Shown here: positions 41,045-50,894 of the stretch, in pieces
How positions within the stretch are numbered: the first letter of the stretch is position 1
Layout: the number at the start of each line of letters is the position of its first letter
Assembly: GCA_902541245.1 (NCBI GenBank)
Contig: CACBPT010000001.1
Coordinates: 131,993-195,992 of the forward strand
Source: an uncultured SAR86 cluster bacterium
Lineage (GTDB): Bacteria > Pseudomonadota > Gammaproteobacteria > Magnimaribacterales > D2472
DNA: 64,000 nt
Direction of reading: 5' to 3'
Made by a program: the position numbers and the translations under genes
The notes under the pieces: model-generated
Database searches by the model: none
What the model was told of the DNA's origin: nothing
What the model saw: the letters and a program-made list of their open reading frames with translations, nothing else

Positions 41045-41512
41045 TTATCCGTATATTTTACTTTGCGTAATTTGATCATCTACAAGCTCAACAAAATCAT
41101 CTGCGAAAGTGATTTTTATAAATTCCCATATTTCAAGATGTTTCGGCTCTTTAAATAAAGTCTTGAATGATACAAGCATTGCTTCCCATTCATCCTCATC
41201 AAGCATGCCTATTTTAAATTGATAAAACTGATTCTCACGAGCTCTGAGCATAACACTGAAGTATGTTAGATATGCGGCATTCTCTTCTTTGGTAAGCTCT
41301 TCATTGTTTCTAAGTTTTAGTTTGGTGTTTACAAGAATAGGTTTCATACCAGCAAGGGCTACTTTCTGATGAGAGTCGGCAATATTTTGTCGGGCATTTG
41401 CACGAGCTACTCTGTTTTGCTCTTTTAATTCTGTGACTAGAAAATAGACTGTAACCAAGACCGTAAAGGGGCCAACTGTTTGTAAAATTAAGATAATATT
41501 TTCAAAACTCAC
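41045..41512 (-). CDS. hypothetical membrane-anchored protein
   Basis: 155 aa, one N-terminal TM (ILILQTVGPFTVLVTVYFLV) followed by a helical domain. 3 nt upstream of the EAL gene. No family recognised. Confidence 0.4.
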   Translation of the reverse strand: MSFENIILILQTVGPFTVLVTVYFLVTELKEQNRVARANARQNIADSHQKVALAGMKPILVNTKLKLRNNEELTKEENAAYLTYFSVMLRARENQFYQFKIGMLDEDEWEAMLVSFKTLFKEPKHLEIWEFIKITFADDFVELVDDQITQSKIYG

Positions 41513-41618
41513 TTGAATACAATATGTTTGTTTCTAATTCTTTAATATAAGGTTTTTTTAAGGGTCGGTAAAGAAACTTATGGATATAGAAAAAATTTCT
41601 AAAGTATAATTAAAGTGT

Positions 41619-41695
41619 GCGCCCGTAGCTCAGCTGGATAGAGTACTTGGCTACGAACCAAGAGGTCGGGAGTTCGAATCTCTCCGGGTGCGCCA
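41619..41695 (+). tRNA. tRNA-Arg (anticodon ACG)
   Basis: GCGCCCGTAGCTCAGCTGGATAGAGTACTTGGCTACGAACCAAGAGGTCGGGAGTTCGAATCTCTCCGGGTGCGCCA folds as a cloverleaf: 7-bp acceptor stem, anticodon loop CTACGAA, T-loop TTCGAAT, encoded CCA. Near-identical in layout to E. coli tRNA-Arg(ACG). Confidence 0.92.
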
Positions 41696-41699
41696 GCTC

Positions 41700-43145
41700 C
41701 TACTTATGATTATAAAACTTTAAAGTTGAATCTTTAATTGAGAATAATCGAACTAAAAAAATATCTTTGAGATAATTTTGATAGTTTCTCCAAGGTGCCT
41801 TCATCCCTTGTTTTGGTAATATATCCAATGATCTTTGGACATAGCCCGAAGTAAAATCTATGTATTCATCGTCCACCATTGCTTGAGAATCTTCTTCTGG
41901 TAAGCACACCGTAACATCTTGCTTATCCATTTCATTGAGCAATCGACATACATACTCGCATGTTAAATCTGCTCTGAGTGTCCATGAGGCATTTACGTAA
42001 CCAAATGAAAAAGCAAGATTAGGGACCCCACTTAGCATCATCCCTTTATAAGAAAGCTTATTGTTTGGTACTAATTTTCTATCATCCACTGAAACACTAA
42101 TATCATTGAGAATATTTAACTCAATACCTGTAGCAGTAATAATAATGTCTGCTTCAATTTGCTGACCGGATTCAACCAAAATCCCTTTTTTGGTAAAAGA
42201 TTTAATAACATCAGTTACAACAGAAGCTTTGTTATCTCTTATTGATGCAAAAAGATTACTATCAGGCACTAGACACATGCGCTGATCCCAGGGATTATAT
42301 CTTGGAGTAAAATGTTTCTCTACATCAAAATCCTGACCAAGCTCATCTCGCACACGATCAATTAGTCGCTTTTTTACCCAATTAGGATATTTTCTTGACA
42401 AATAAAATCCTAAGCTTGTTCGTAAAATATTTTTCCATCTAATCAAGAAGTAACTCAAGCGTAAAGGTAAAATTTTATTAAGAGAGTGACTCCATGAATC
42501 CTCTCCTGGACCAGAAACAACATAACTAGGAGAACGTTGCAGCATGGTAACGTGCTCAGCTTTTTGAGCTATTGCAGGAACCAATGTAATCGCAGTGGCT
42601 CCGCTGCCTATAACTATTACCTTTTTATTTGAATAATCCATAGATTCGTCCCAAAATTGGGGATGGATTAATCTACCTTGAAATTCTTCTTGATTTGGAA
42701 ATTTAGGCATGAAGGGTTTGTCATAACTGTAATAACCTCCACATAAAAAGAGAAAATTGCACGTCATATGTGTCTCATTCTCATTGCATAGAACTTTTAA
42801 TTCCCAAACAGATTTTTCTGAGGACCAATTAGATGAAATAACTTTATGATTAAAACTAATTTTTTCTCTCAAATTAAATTCATCAACGGTCTCATTTAAA
42901 TATTCAAGAATAGAGGGTCCATCCGCAATAGACTTTTTGTGTATCCATGGTTTAAAACGAAATCCAAGCGTATGCATATCAGAGTCAGAACGAACTCCAG
43001 GATATTTAAAAAGGTCCCAAGTGCCTCCCAATGAGCTCCTGCCCTCTAATATTGTAAATGATTTGTTTGGGCAGCTTTTTTGAAGGTTATAGCCAGCAGC
43101 AATACCAGAAATACCCGCTCCAACTACAATAATATCCTTATGCAT
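41700..43145 (-). CDS. FAD-dependent Baeyer-Villiger/flavin-containing monooxygenase, EthA-like
   Basis: IIVVGAGISGIAAGYNL...ILEGRSSLGGTWDLFKYPGVRSDSDMHTLGFRFKPW parallels the mycobacterial EthA N-terminus. Second dinucleotide fold VIVIGSGATA. Confidence 0.85.
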   Translation of the reverse strand: MHKDIIVVGAGISGIAAGYNLQKSCPNKSFTILEGRSSLGGTWDLFKYPGVRSDSDMHTLGFRFKPWIHKKSIADGPSILEYLNETVDEFNLREKISFNHKVISSNWSSEKSVWELKVLCNENETHMTCNFLFLCGGYYSYDKPFMPKFPNQEEFQGRLIHPQFWDESMDYSNKKVIVIGSGATAITLVPAIAQKAEHVTMLQRSPSYVVSGPGEDSWSHSLNKILPLRLSYFLIRWKNILRTSLGFYLSRKYPNWVKKRLIDRVRDELGQDFDVEKHFTPRYNPWDQRMCLVPDSNLFASIRDNKASVVTDVIKSFTKKGILVESGQQIEADIIITATGIELNILNDISVSVDDRKLVPNNKLSYKGMMLSGVPNLAFSFGYVNASWTLRADLTCEYVCRLLNEMDKQDVTVCLPEEDSQAMVDDEYIDFTSGYVQRSLDILPKQGMKAPWRNYQNYLKDIFLVRLFSIKDSTLKFYNHK

Positions 43146-43147
43146 AA

Positions 43148-44803
43148 TTAATCCTCATTCAAATTGCGTGATAGATCTCTGATTGATTTAAATTCATTAT
43201 CCTCATACCAGTTTGGCCATTGTGAACTATTTGCCAGTTCATTGCTAATGTTAAAAATTACATCTATTGTTTGATTTAATCCGTCTAAATTCCATGTCTT
43301 ATTATATTCGTCAGCAACACCGTGATAAGCATCCGTTTGATATTGTTGTATGAATAAATAGCCAGCCTCTTTCCCGCCATTGGCTAGATCAAAGCCTCCG
43401 CCGGAGTAAAGGACTGGAACTCCTCTTTTTGCGAAACTTATATGATCAGATCTATAAAAAAATCCTTTTTCAGGATTTGGATCTGGATTGATATACCTTC
43501 CAGTTTTATCTAATTCTTTTTCTAAAAGATCCTCTAATTCTGATGCTCCGTAACCAATAACTACCATGTCTTGAGTAAGCCCTGTTGGTAAAACAGCGTC
43601 ATAATTAAAACCAGCAACAATATTTGATAATTCTACTGGGGGATATTTTGCAAAATATTCAGAACCTAATAATCCAGACTCCTCAAGAGTAAGAGCTAAA
43701 AACATAATTGATCTATCTGTCTTTGTCTCTGAAAACCTTTTAGCAAACTCCATAACAGCTGCCACACCAGTTGCGTTATCAACAGCCCCATTTGCAATAT
43801 TATCAGCGCCGGGTGGCAATCCATTCATAATACCAATATGATCCCAATGGGCCATGAATAATATATATTCATCTGGTCTTTTGGAGCCTCTTTTAACTGC
43901 GGCAACATTATGAGATTGAAAATATCTAACTTTATTATGTATTTCTGAGCTTAAAGTTAGTCCTCGTAATGGAAAAGCTGAAAAAGTTTTTTCCAAAGCT
44001 ATTTCTTTAAGAGATTGATAATTAAATCCAGTAAAATTTAGCACCTCATCAAGAGTGATGTCTCTTATCCAGCCCTCAAGTGTTGCTCTATCAGCGCCCA
44101 AATCTTCACGCTGTAAATCTAACTGTGGACCCTGCCAACTATTTTCAACCACTGACCAGGGATATGCAGCCGGTTCTTCCTCGTGAACAATAATCGCAGC
44201 AGCAGCTCCCTGACGTGCAGCTTCTTCAAATTTATATGTCCATCTTCCGTAATAAGTCATTGATCTACCATTAAAAAGTCTTAATCTTCCAGTTGCAAAG
44301 CCAGGATCATTTATAAGCATGACAACTGTTTTACCTCTGACATCAATACCCTCATAATCATTCCAGTTATATTCAGGAGCAACGATTCCATAGCCAACAA
44401 ATACAACTTCACTGTCTCTTATTTTTCTATATTCTCTAGCCTGTTTTGTCCAAAAAACGACTTCTTGACCAGTGATCATTTTTCTATCATTACCACGAAA
44501 AGATAATGTTAAGTATGAAGAATCTTTTAAAGTTATTTCTGAGGCAGGAACTTTATGGAGATACTCTCCATTCACAGGATCAAGACTTAAATCCTGAAAA
44601 GTTTTAGAGATAAAATTTTTAGTAAGTTTTCCGCCCTCTGTTCCTGGCGCTCTGCCTTCAAATTCGTCAGATGCAAGCGTTGAAATCCAGTACCTTAATC
44701 TTCCATCAGTGGTGTCACTCAATGAATCTGAGCAACTTGAAAAAAGAATCAAAGATACAGATAGCAAAAGAAATAAATGATTCTTATTAATTTTCATACT
44801 CAT
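43148..44803 (-). CDS. M28-family aminopeptidase with PA domain, secreted/lipoprotein
   Basis: Lipobox-like LILFSSCS. AHWDHIG, NGAVDNATG, LEESGLLGS and DHISFAKRGVP are M28 zinc-ligand motifs. Confidence 0.8.
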   Translation of the reverse strand: MSMKINKNHLFLLLSVSLILFSSCSDSLSDTTDGRLRYWISTLASDEFEGRAPGTEGGKLTKNFISKTFQDLSLDPVNGEYLHKVPASEITLKDSSYLTLSFRGNDRKMITGQEVVFWTKQAREYRKIRDSEVVFVGYGIVAPEYNWNDYEGIDVRGKTVVMLINDPGFATGRLRLFNGRSMTYYGRWTYKFEEAARQGAAAAIIVHEEEPAAYPWSVVENSWQGPQLDLQREDLGADRATLEGWIRDITLDEVLNFTGFNYQSLKEIALEKTFSAFPLRGLTLSSEIHNKVRYFQSHNVAAVKRGSKRPDEYILFMAHWDHIGIMNGLPPGADNIANGAVDNATGVAAVMEFAKRFSETKTDRSIMFLALTLEESGLLGSEYFAKYPPVELSNIVAGFNYDAVLPTGLTQDMVVIGYGASELEDLLEKELDKTGRYINPDPNPEKGFFYRSDHISFAKRGVPVLYSGGGFDLANGGKEAGYLFIQQYQTDAYHGVADEYNKTWNLDGLNQTIDVIFNISNELANSSQWPNWYEDNEFKSIRDLSRNLNED

Positions 44804-44862
44804 GTGTATATTCAGATAAGTAAAGTATAAAATATATTTCCAAATTTATGGGATAGATACAT

Positions 44863-47583
44863 ATGAAAAAATTAATCAAAGCCTTAACTGCTAGCTTTAT
44901 TTTTATTGCAAATACTCATGCTTCTTTATTGAATGACTTGCCAGAAATAAATTATGAATCATTTACCTTAGATAATGGTCTCACCGTTGTTGTTCACGAA
45001 GACCGAAAAGTGCCAATGGTTGCGGTTAATGTTTGGTATCACGTAGGGTCAAAAAACGAAAAGGTCGGAAAAACTGGATTTGCTCATCTCTTTGAACATC
45101 TTATGTTCAACGGAACTGAAAATTACAATAGTGAATACTTTGAGCCATTCGAAAAAATAGGCTCAACCGATCAAAATGGAACTACTAATTCTGATAGAAC
45201 TAACTATTTTCAGAATGTTCCAACCAATGCCATAGACTTAGCATTGTGGATGGAATCTGATCGAATGGGTCATTTGCTTGGTGTTGTTGATCAAGAAAAG
45301 CTCGATGAACAAAGAGGAGTAGTTCAAAATGAAAAGCGCCAAGGTGAAAATCAACCATATGGGAAAGCATTCACTAGAATTTCAGAAGCTGCTTTTCCTA
45401 AAGGTCATCCCTACTCATGGACAACAATAGGATCAATGGAGGATTTAGATGCTGCATCCCTCGAAGATGTCCAAGAATGGTTTAAAACCTACTATGGTCC
45501 AAATAATGCGGTGCTTGCTCTCGCAGGAGATATAGATTTAAAAACTGCAAGAGAGAAAGTGAAAAAATACTTTGGAGATATACCTGCTGGACCACCCTTG
45601 GTAAAACCTGATGTCTGGATAGCAAAAAGAAGTGAAGAAAAACGTGACATCATGTATGACAATGTACCTCAAGCAAGAATATATAAAGCTTGGAATGTCC
45701 CACCTAGAGATACTGAAGCTGCAGCTCATTTTGACTTGGCATCAAGCGTGTTAGTCGGTGGAAAAAATTCACCTCTATTCAAAGAACTTGTATATGAAAA
45801 GCAAATCGCAACAAGTGTCTCCGCTTTTTATTACGATAGAGAAATTGCTGGAATGTTTATTATTGTTGTTGATGTAGTTGCAGACCAAGATCCAAAAATG
45901 GTGGAGAAAGAAATGGATGCTGTTATACAAACATTTACTCTTAAAGGTCCCAATAAAAAATTACTTGAAGCCGAAAAAACTAAAACGTTAGCAAGTTTCA
46001 TCAGAGGTGCACAACGGATTGGAGGTTTTGGTGGAAAATCTGATCTTCTAGCTACTTGTCAAACCTATACAGGGAATCCAGGTTGCTACATTAATAATGC
46101 AAGATATATCGATGAGAGCACTCCTGCTAAAATTAAATCAACATTTACAAAGTGGATCGATGATACTCCCTATGTTCTTACTATATTACCTAGCGAAAAA
46201 TTAACCACTAATGAATCAACTATAGATAGATCCGAGGGTATTCCCTATCCTACTGAAAAAATTTCATTTAAATTTCCATCTTTGCAAACTGCAGAACTAT
46301 CTAATGGTGCAAAGGTTGTCTTGGCTGAGCGCAAAAATATTCCATTAGTAGAAATTAACATTCAATTTGATTTTGGATATGCGCAAGAGGATGCTGATCA
46401 AATTGGATACACCAACTTTATGATGGACATGCTTAATGAGGGCACAAAGAAATACTCCTCATTAGAGTTTGATGAAGTTTTAGATTCATTGGGTGCAAAC
46501 ATGGGATTTGGTTCGGATTTAGATACATCTTATGTATCCATCTCTTCTCTTAAATTAAATCTTGATGAGACTTTAGACCTTGCAAGAGAAGCAATAATGT
46601 TTCCTACATTTCCTGAAACTGAGATTGCAAGAATTAAAAATCAAACACTTGCTGCGCTTAAAAGAGCTGAGTTTCAGCCAAGCTCCATTGCCTTTAGAAA
46701 CATAGGTAATCTTTTATATGGCGAGGATCATCCCTACGGAAAGCTAAGAATTGGATCTGGGCCGACCCAAACAATTGAGAGTATTGATAACAAAAAATTA
46801 TCTGAAATTCATAAACTTGCTTTAAATCCAAATCATCTGACTTTTACTGTTGCAGGTGATATCTCCTTAAATGAAATTGTGAAATTGCTTGAATCTAAAT
46901 TTGGAAAATGGAAGGCTGAATCAGATACTGAATTGAAAAATTTACCTACTGTAGCATTACCAGAAAAAAGAAAAGTATATTTGATTAATAAACCTAATGC
47001 CGAGCAATCCTATATTGTTGCAGGTCAGCTGTTGCCTCCGTCGGCTACACCAGAAGAATTTAAAATTGATTATATGAACTATGCAATTGGTGGAAGCTTT
47101 ACTTCAAGGCTTAATATGAATCTTAGAGAAGATAAAAGTTGGTCATATGGAGTTAGAACTCGATTGGGGGACGCAAAAGGTCAAAGATCAATGCTTATTA
47201 CAGCCCCTGTTCAAACTGACAAAACTTCTGAATCAATTACTGAAATAGTTAATGAGTATGACGCATATTTGTCATCATCTCCGACCACTGAGGACGAATT
47301 AGCAAAAGGCAAAGCATCAAAAATACTCCGATTACCTGGTTTATTTGAAACACTCGGCTCTTTAAGGGCAGGAGTTTCGAATATAGTAACTTATGATCGA
47401 GACTTGGATTATCTTAATCAGCTGCCTGCGCTTTACGATGAACCAACTTTAGAGGATGTGAAAGCTGTGGCACAGAAGTATATTAAACCCAATCAATGGA
47501 CGTGGTTAATTGTTGGTGATCTAGATAAAATTGAGGAGCCTATTAGAAAGTTAAATTTAGGTGAAATGGAGATATTAGATTAA
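44863..47583 (+). CDS. M16-family (insulinase/pitrilysin-like) zinc peptidase, two-module, secreted
   Basis: Signal peptide, HxxEH motif GFAHLFEHLMFNGT, downstream ENQPYG. Duplicated M16 halves in 906 aa. Confidence 0.85.
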   Translation: MKKLIKALTASFIFIANTHASLLNDLPEINYESFTLDNGLTVVVHEDRKVPMVAVNVWYHVGSKNEKVGKTGFAHLFEHLMFNGTENYNSEYFEPFEKIGSTDQNGTTNSDRTNYFQNVPTNAIDLALWMESDRMGHLLGVVDQEKLDEQRGVVQNEKRQGENQPYGKAFTRISEAAFPKGHPYSWTTIGSMEDLDAASLEDVQEWFKTYYGPNNAVLALAGDIDLKTAREKVKKYFGDIPAGPPLVKPDVWIAKRSEEKRDIMYDNVPQARIYKAWNVPPRDTEAAAHFDLASSVLVGGKNSPLFKELVYEKQIATSVSAFYYDREIAGMFIIVVDVVADQDPKMVEKEMDAVIQTFTLKGPNKKLLEAEKTKTLASFIRGAQRIGGFGGKSDLLATCQTYTGNPGCYINNARYIDESTPAKIKSTFTKWIDDTPYVLTILPSEKLTTNESTIDRSEGIPYPTEKISFKFPSLQTAELSNGAKVVLAERKNIPLVEINIQFDFGYAQEDADQIGYTNFMMDMLNEGTKKYSSLEFDEVLDSLGANMGFGSDLDTSYVSISSLKLNLDETLDLAREAIMFPTFPETEIARIKNQTLAALKRAEFQPSSIAFRNIGNLLYGEDHPYGKLRIGSGPTQTIESIDNKKLSEIHKLALNPNHLTFTVAGDISLNEIVKLLESKFGKWKAESDTELKNLPTVALPEKRKVYLINKPNAEQSYIVAGQLLPPSATPEEFKIDYMNYAIGGSFTSRLNMNLREDKSWSYGVRTRLGDAKGQRSMLITAPVQTDKTSESITEIVNEYDAYLSSSPTTEDELAKGKASKILRLPGLFETLGSLRAGVSNIVTYDRDLDYLNQLPALYDEPTLEDVKAVAQKYIKPNQWTWLIVGDLDKIEEPIRKLNLGEMEILD

Positions 47584-48935
47584 TGAGTGAACCAATATCC
47601 ATTAGCAAGGATCTTGCTAAGAAAACATTTAGCTCGAATGCATATCCCCCTATCTATGATATTGGATCTAGCATTAACTTTACTGATTTAGACGTTTTTA
47701 CAAACGGACAACCATTTAGCCAATTTAAGGAATTACGAGAGCAGGCACCGATTTTCCTTCATCCGCCTTTTTTAAACGATCCAGAGCCCGTGTTTTGGTC
47801 GCTGACTAGGTATGAAGATATATTGAAGGTTTCCTCTGATCCCAAAACATTTTCATCTCAAGCTGGGACAGGAACTCTTATAACTTTAGGAAACGAAGAT
47901 CGCAGGCATCCTAAGCTGTGGCGATCTGCAATTGATCACATGCTCAATCTTGATGGCGACTTACACATTAATCTTAGGCGAGAACACATGCCCTTTTTTA
48001 AGCCTGATTATGTTGCTAATCTTCGCATCAAAGTAAAAGCAAAAGTTAGCTCCTTGTTAGATGCTATCAATACTCAAGAAGATTGCAATTTTGTGACTGC
48101 TTTTTCTCAACAGCTACCGATATTTACATTGTCTGAAATTTTAGGTATTCCTAAGTCTGATAGGCAGAAGCTAGTGACCTGGATGGAATTCTTAGAATTA
48201 GCACAATACATTCAAGTTGAGCAATTAAAAAAAGAAATAGATGGTGAAGTTTCAAATGAACCAGTCAATACTGACATGATTGATATGTTCAATGGGATGG
48301 TAGATGAGATGTTTGAATATGGTAGAGATATTTTAAACTCTAAACGAAAAAATCCATCAGATGATTTGCTTTCTGCTATTGCTAATGCTGAGTTGGAAGG
48401 CCAAAAGCTAAGCCCAGAATTCTTAGATGGTTCATGGTTATTAATTATTTTTGCAGGAAACGATACTACTAGAAACACTCTCAGTGGTGCAATAAAGCTT
48501 TTAACTGAAAATCCTGACCAAAAGCAAAAACTAATAGAAAATCCTGAATTAATGCCTAATTTTCTTCAAGAATGCATTCGCATGGTTTCTCCGGTAATTC
48601 ATATGCGCAGAACAACAACCTGTGAAACGGAACTTGGAGGACAATTAATGGGTCCTGGTGAGAAGATTGTAATGTGGTATGGGGCTGCAAATCGAGATCC
48701 ATCAGTTTTTACCAATCCTGATAAATTTGACATCGAACGTGAAAATGCTGATGAGCATCTTGCATTTGGCATTGGCAGACATACTTGCGTTGGCAAGCCA
48801 GTTGCTTTGATGCAATTAGAAGAGTCATACAAACAAATATTATCGCGTTTTCCTAACATTCGTATGAGTGGAAATTGGAAAGTAGCGCCAAATAACTTTG
48901 TTCATGCAATTCAAGAAATGCCAGTAAAATTTTAA
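47583..48935 (+). CDS. cytochrome P450
   Basis: Heme-thiolate loop FGIGRHTCVGKPVA, I-helix AGNDTT, and the ExxR region. Confidence 0.9.
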   Translation: MSEPISISKDLAKKTFSSNAYPPIYDIGSSINFTDLDVFTNGQPFSQFKELREQAPIFLHPPFLNDPEPVFWSLTRYEDILKVSSDPKTFSSQAGTGTLITLGNEDRRHPKLWRSAIDHMLNLDGDLHINLRREHMPFFKPDYVANLRIKVKAKVSSLLDAINTQEDCNFVTAFSQQLPIFTLSEILGIPKSDRQKLVTWMEFLELAQYIQVEQLKKEIDGEVSNEPVNTDMIDMFNGMVDEMFEYGRDILNSKRKNPSDDLLSAIANAELEGQKLSPEFLDGSWLLIIFAGNDTTRNTLSGAIKLLTENPDQKQKLIENPELMPNFLQECIRMVSPVIHMRRTTTCETELGGQLMGPGEKIVMWYGAANRDPSVFTNPDKFDIERENADEHLAFGIGRHTCVGKPVALMQLEESYKQILSRFPNIRMSGNWKVAPNNFVHAIQEMPVKF

Positions 48936-48947
48936 TTTAGGTAAATC

Positions 48948-49382
48948 ATGACTAAAAGTATTTGGTTCCAACCTATATCAATTGAAAACTTTAAAGATTC
49001 ATCCGTAAAAATGGACAAACACCTAGACATTGAAGTAATTGAAGTTGGCAATGATTTTATTATTGCAAAGATGCCAGTCACAGAAAAAACTAAGCAACCT
49101 TATGGAATTCTTCATGGTGGGGCCTCTTGTGTGCTAGCTGAAAGTGTTGGCAGTATTGCTGCGGCATTAACGATGGATGGTACAAAAAAGTATCCTGTTG
49201 GCATTGAAATTAACGCAAATCATATCTCCTCTCCTACCGATGGATATGTTTATGCCAAAGCAGTTCCAGTCCATGTTGGTGGATCAACATCGGTTTGGAA
49301 CATTGATATTACCGATGATAACGATAAGCGTGTTTGCTTCTCAAGATTTACAGCCTTACATAAGACCTATCCTACTAAATAA
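48948..49382 (+). CDS. PaaI/YbdB-type hotdog-fold thioesterase
   Basis: QPYGILHGGASCVLAESVGS signature. 144 aa. Confidence 0.8.
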   Translation: MTKSIWFQPISIENFKDSSVKMDKHLDIEVIEVGNDFIIAKMPVTEKTKQPYGILHGGASCVLAESVGSIAAALTMDGTKKYPVGIEINANHISSPTDGYVYAKAVPVHVGGSTSVWNIDITDDNDKRVCFSRFTALHKTYPTK

Positions 49383-49391
49383 CAAACTTGT

Positions 49392-49421
49392 GGCCTTAAG
49401 GGATGCTTAAGGCCAATTTTT
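49392..49421. terminator. Rho-independent (bidirectional) terminator between convergent genes
   Basis: Perfect 9-bp stem GGCCTTAAG / CTTAAGGCC with a 5-nt loop, followed by AATTTTT. Lies between the thioesterase (+) and the SnoaL-like gene (-). Confidence 0.7.
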
Positions 49422-49429
49422 AGACTTAT

Positions 49430-49918
49430 TTATTCCTCAAAATCTGAAGCAACAGTTATATGCACTCCGCCAAACTGTGCTGGTGAATAGTGCTGAGTTT
49501 TAACAACCCATTTACCATTCTCCTTTATCCAATTCTGTGTAACCTTTGTTCTATAGTCACTTGATTTGGAACCATTGATAGCTATGCCTTCATAATAAAA
49601 TCTAACATAGACAACGTCATCTGAAAGTTCAGCAAACTCTGGGTAGTAGATGTTTAGAGCGCCCGCCTGACCACTGGCTTTCCATTGAGCAGCAGTTGTT
49701 TTTGATAATGCTTTATGAAAGCTTCCATCTGAATTTGAATTATATGTTCCAGTGGCACTTTCCATGGCTGCTACAGTATCCCAATTCTGATTCGCCCTTG
49801 CATCAAAATACTTTTCAAAAGCAATCGCAACTTCAGCCTCAGCCTTTGAGGGAGCGGCATCAATAGCCTGTATAAAACCAAACATAAGTGCATTAACCAT
49901 AAATAAATTTTTCATCAT
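49430..49918 (-). CDS. secreted SnoaL/DUF4440-like (NTF2-fold) protein
   Basis: Signal peptide MMKNLFMVNALMFGFIQAIDA. The pattern AFEKYFDARANQNWDTVAAM ... NGKWVVKTQHYS is typical of DUF4440-like folds. Confidence 0.5.
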   Translation of the reverse strand: MMKNLFMVNALMFGFIQAIDAAPSKAEAEVAIAFEKYFDARANQNWDTVAAMESATGTYNSNSDGSFHKALSKTTAAQWKASGQAGALNIYYPEFAELSDDVVYVRFYYEGIAINGSKSSDYRTKVTQNWIKENGKWVVKTQHYSPAQFGGVHITVASDFEE

Positions 49919-50090
49919 TTCTCCTTGTTTAATTCAATATTAGCATTATGCATCTAAAAAATACCTACTTTTTTATAGACAAAAAATGTAAAATATACGG
50001 ATATCAAGAGCAGGATTAAATTCCTCTCCAACCTGCCCTCTCTGGCAAGGTGGAAAAATGATATGGCTTTCAGCAACTAAAGGAGGAAAA

Positions 50091-50450
50091 ATGAAAGACT
50101 GCAAATACACTAAGATAAATAACTTGGTATCCCTGCGTGAATATAGCACTGGAGATTATGGCATTACATTCTTAGGTGGAGGTTCTCACGGTTGGTATTT
50201 CGAGTTCTCAAAAGAGAACAAACTTAAATTTAAACAACAAAGGAGTGCTTATGGTGTGGGAAAAGTTTCTAAAAATGAGTTAAAAAATTGGCATGATTTT
50301 AAATGGCACATCAAAAGAGTCTTAGAAAAAGATAAGCTACCCCCAAACATTTTAAAGCTTTACAAATGGAGATATAGCCAATCCATTGAATACACATATT
50401 CTGAAGAAAGAATAGGCGGTATTGTCTATTTTAAGAGGGTTAAAAAATAA
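50091..50450 (+). CDS. hypothetical protein
   Basis: The track ORF starts at 50058. The ATG at 50091 is preceded by AGGAGG at 50081-50086. 119 aa, Lys-rich, no recognisable family. Confidence 0.45.
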   Translation: MKDCKYTKINNLVSLREYSTGDYGITFLGGGSHGWYFEFSKENKLKFKQQRSAYGVGKVSKNELKNWHDFKWHIKRVLEKDKLPPNILKLYKWRYSQSIEYTYSEERIGGIVYFKRVKK

Positions 50451-50466
50451 TTTAGTTTTTCTAATC

Positions 50467-50769
50467 TTATAGCCAATTATCAGTTGAATATTCAATATTG
50501 TATTCGTCACATAAATTCCTTAATTCAGCAACTGTAAACCTTTCCTCAAAGGTAAAGCCCTTCCAAAAGCAACAAAGGATGAACTTTGCTACATGTTTTT
50601 GATGAATCATCATGAAATATTCATATTCATCGGTTCCCCAAAACTCTTTCACGCCGTCTCCAAGATCATGCTCAGTAAAATGAAGGTTACCTTTTTCATC
50701 CCAGTCAACGTGAACATTGTGGTTAATTTTTCCTTGTGGAAGTTCATACTCGCATTTAAATACTTGCAT
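50467..50769 (-). CDS. hypothetical protein
   Basis: The track ORF starts at TTG 50781. The ATG at 50769 (MQVFKCEY...) is preceded by GGAGAGA. No recognisable family. Confidence 0.4.
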   Translation of the reverse strand: MQVFKCEYELPQGKINHNVHVDWDEKGNLHFTEHDLGDGVKEFWGTDEYEYFMMIHQKHVAKFILCCFWKGFTFEERFTVAELRNLCDEYNIEYSTDNWL

Positions 50770-50779
50770 ATTTCTCTCC

Positions 50780-50807
50780 AAAAAATTTACACCCAGAATT
50801 AGGTGTA
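50780..50807 (-). terminator. weak hairpin plus T-tract downstream of the 53049->50895 operon
   Basis: On the minus strand: TACACC-taattctg-GGTGTA followed by AATTTTTT. It runs directly into the RBS of the next gene. Stem is only 6 bp. Confidence 0.3.
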
Positions 50808-50894
50808 ATAGATGTATGCAGGGGAAATGAAACAGGAAGGTTATTTCTATAGCTACACTTATTTATGTGGTGATTTTTTACTGAAATTCAAGGT

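Noticed and set aside
41560-41618. Sigma-70 promoter for tRNA-Arg (TATAAT at 41605..41610)
   Set aside because: The -10 hexamer is perfect, but no acceptable -35 lies at 16-18 bp spacing. TATAAT-like hexamers are abundant in this AT-rich DNA.
41619-49918. tRNA-Arg as the integration site of a genomic island
   Set aside because: The genes immediately downstream (EthA-like BVMO, M28 and M16 peptidases, P450, thioesterase) look like ordinary metabolic core genes. I found no integrase and no direct repeat of the tRNA 3' end between 41.7 and 50.1 kb.
49990-50057. Possible tRNA/tmRNA fragment or att site (gagcaggattaaattcctctccaacctgccctctctggcaaggtgg)
   Set aside because: Only short, imperfect stems are present (4-5 bp, and an 8/10 imperfect hairpin ccaacctgcc/ggcaaggtgg). 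There is no T-loop consensus and no similarity to the tRNA-Arg 3' end. It is probably just 5' leader sequence.
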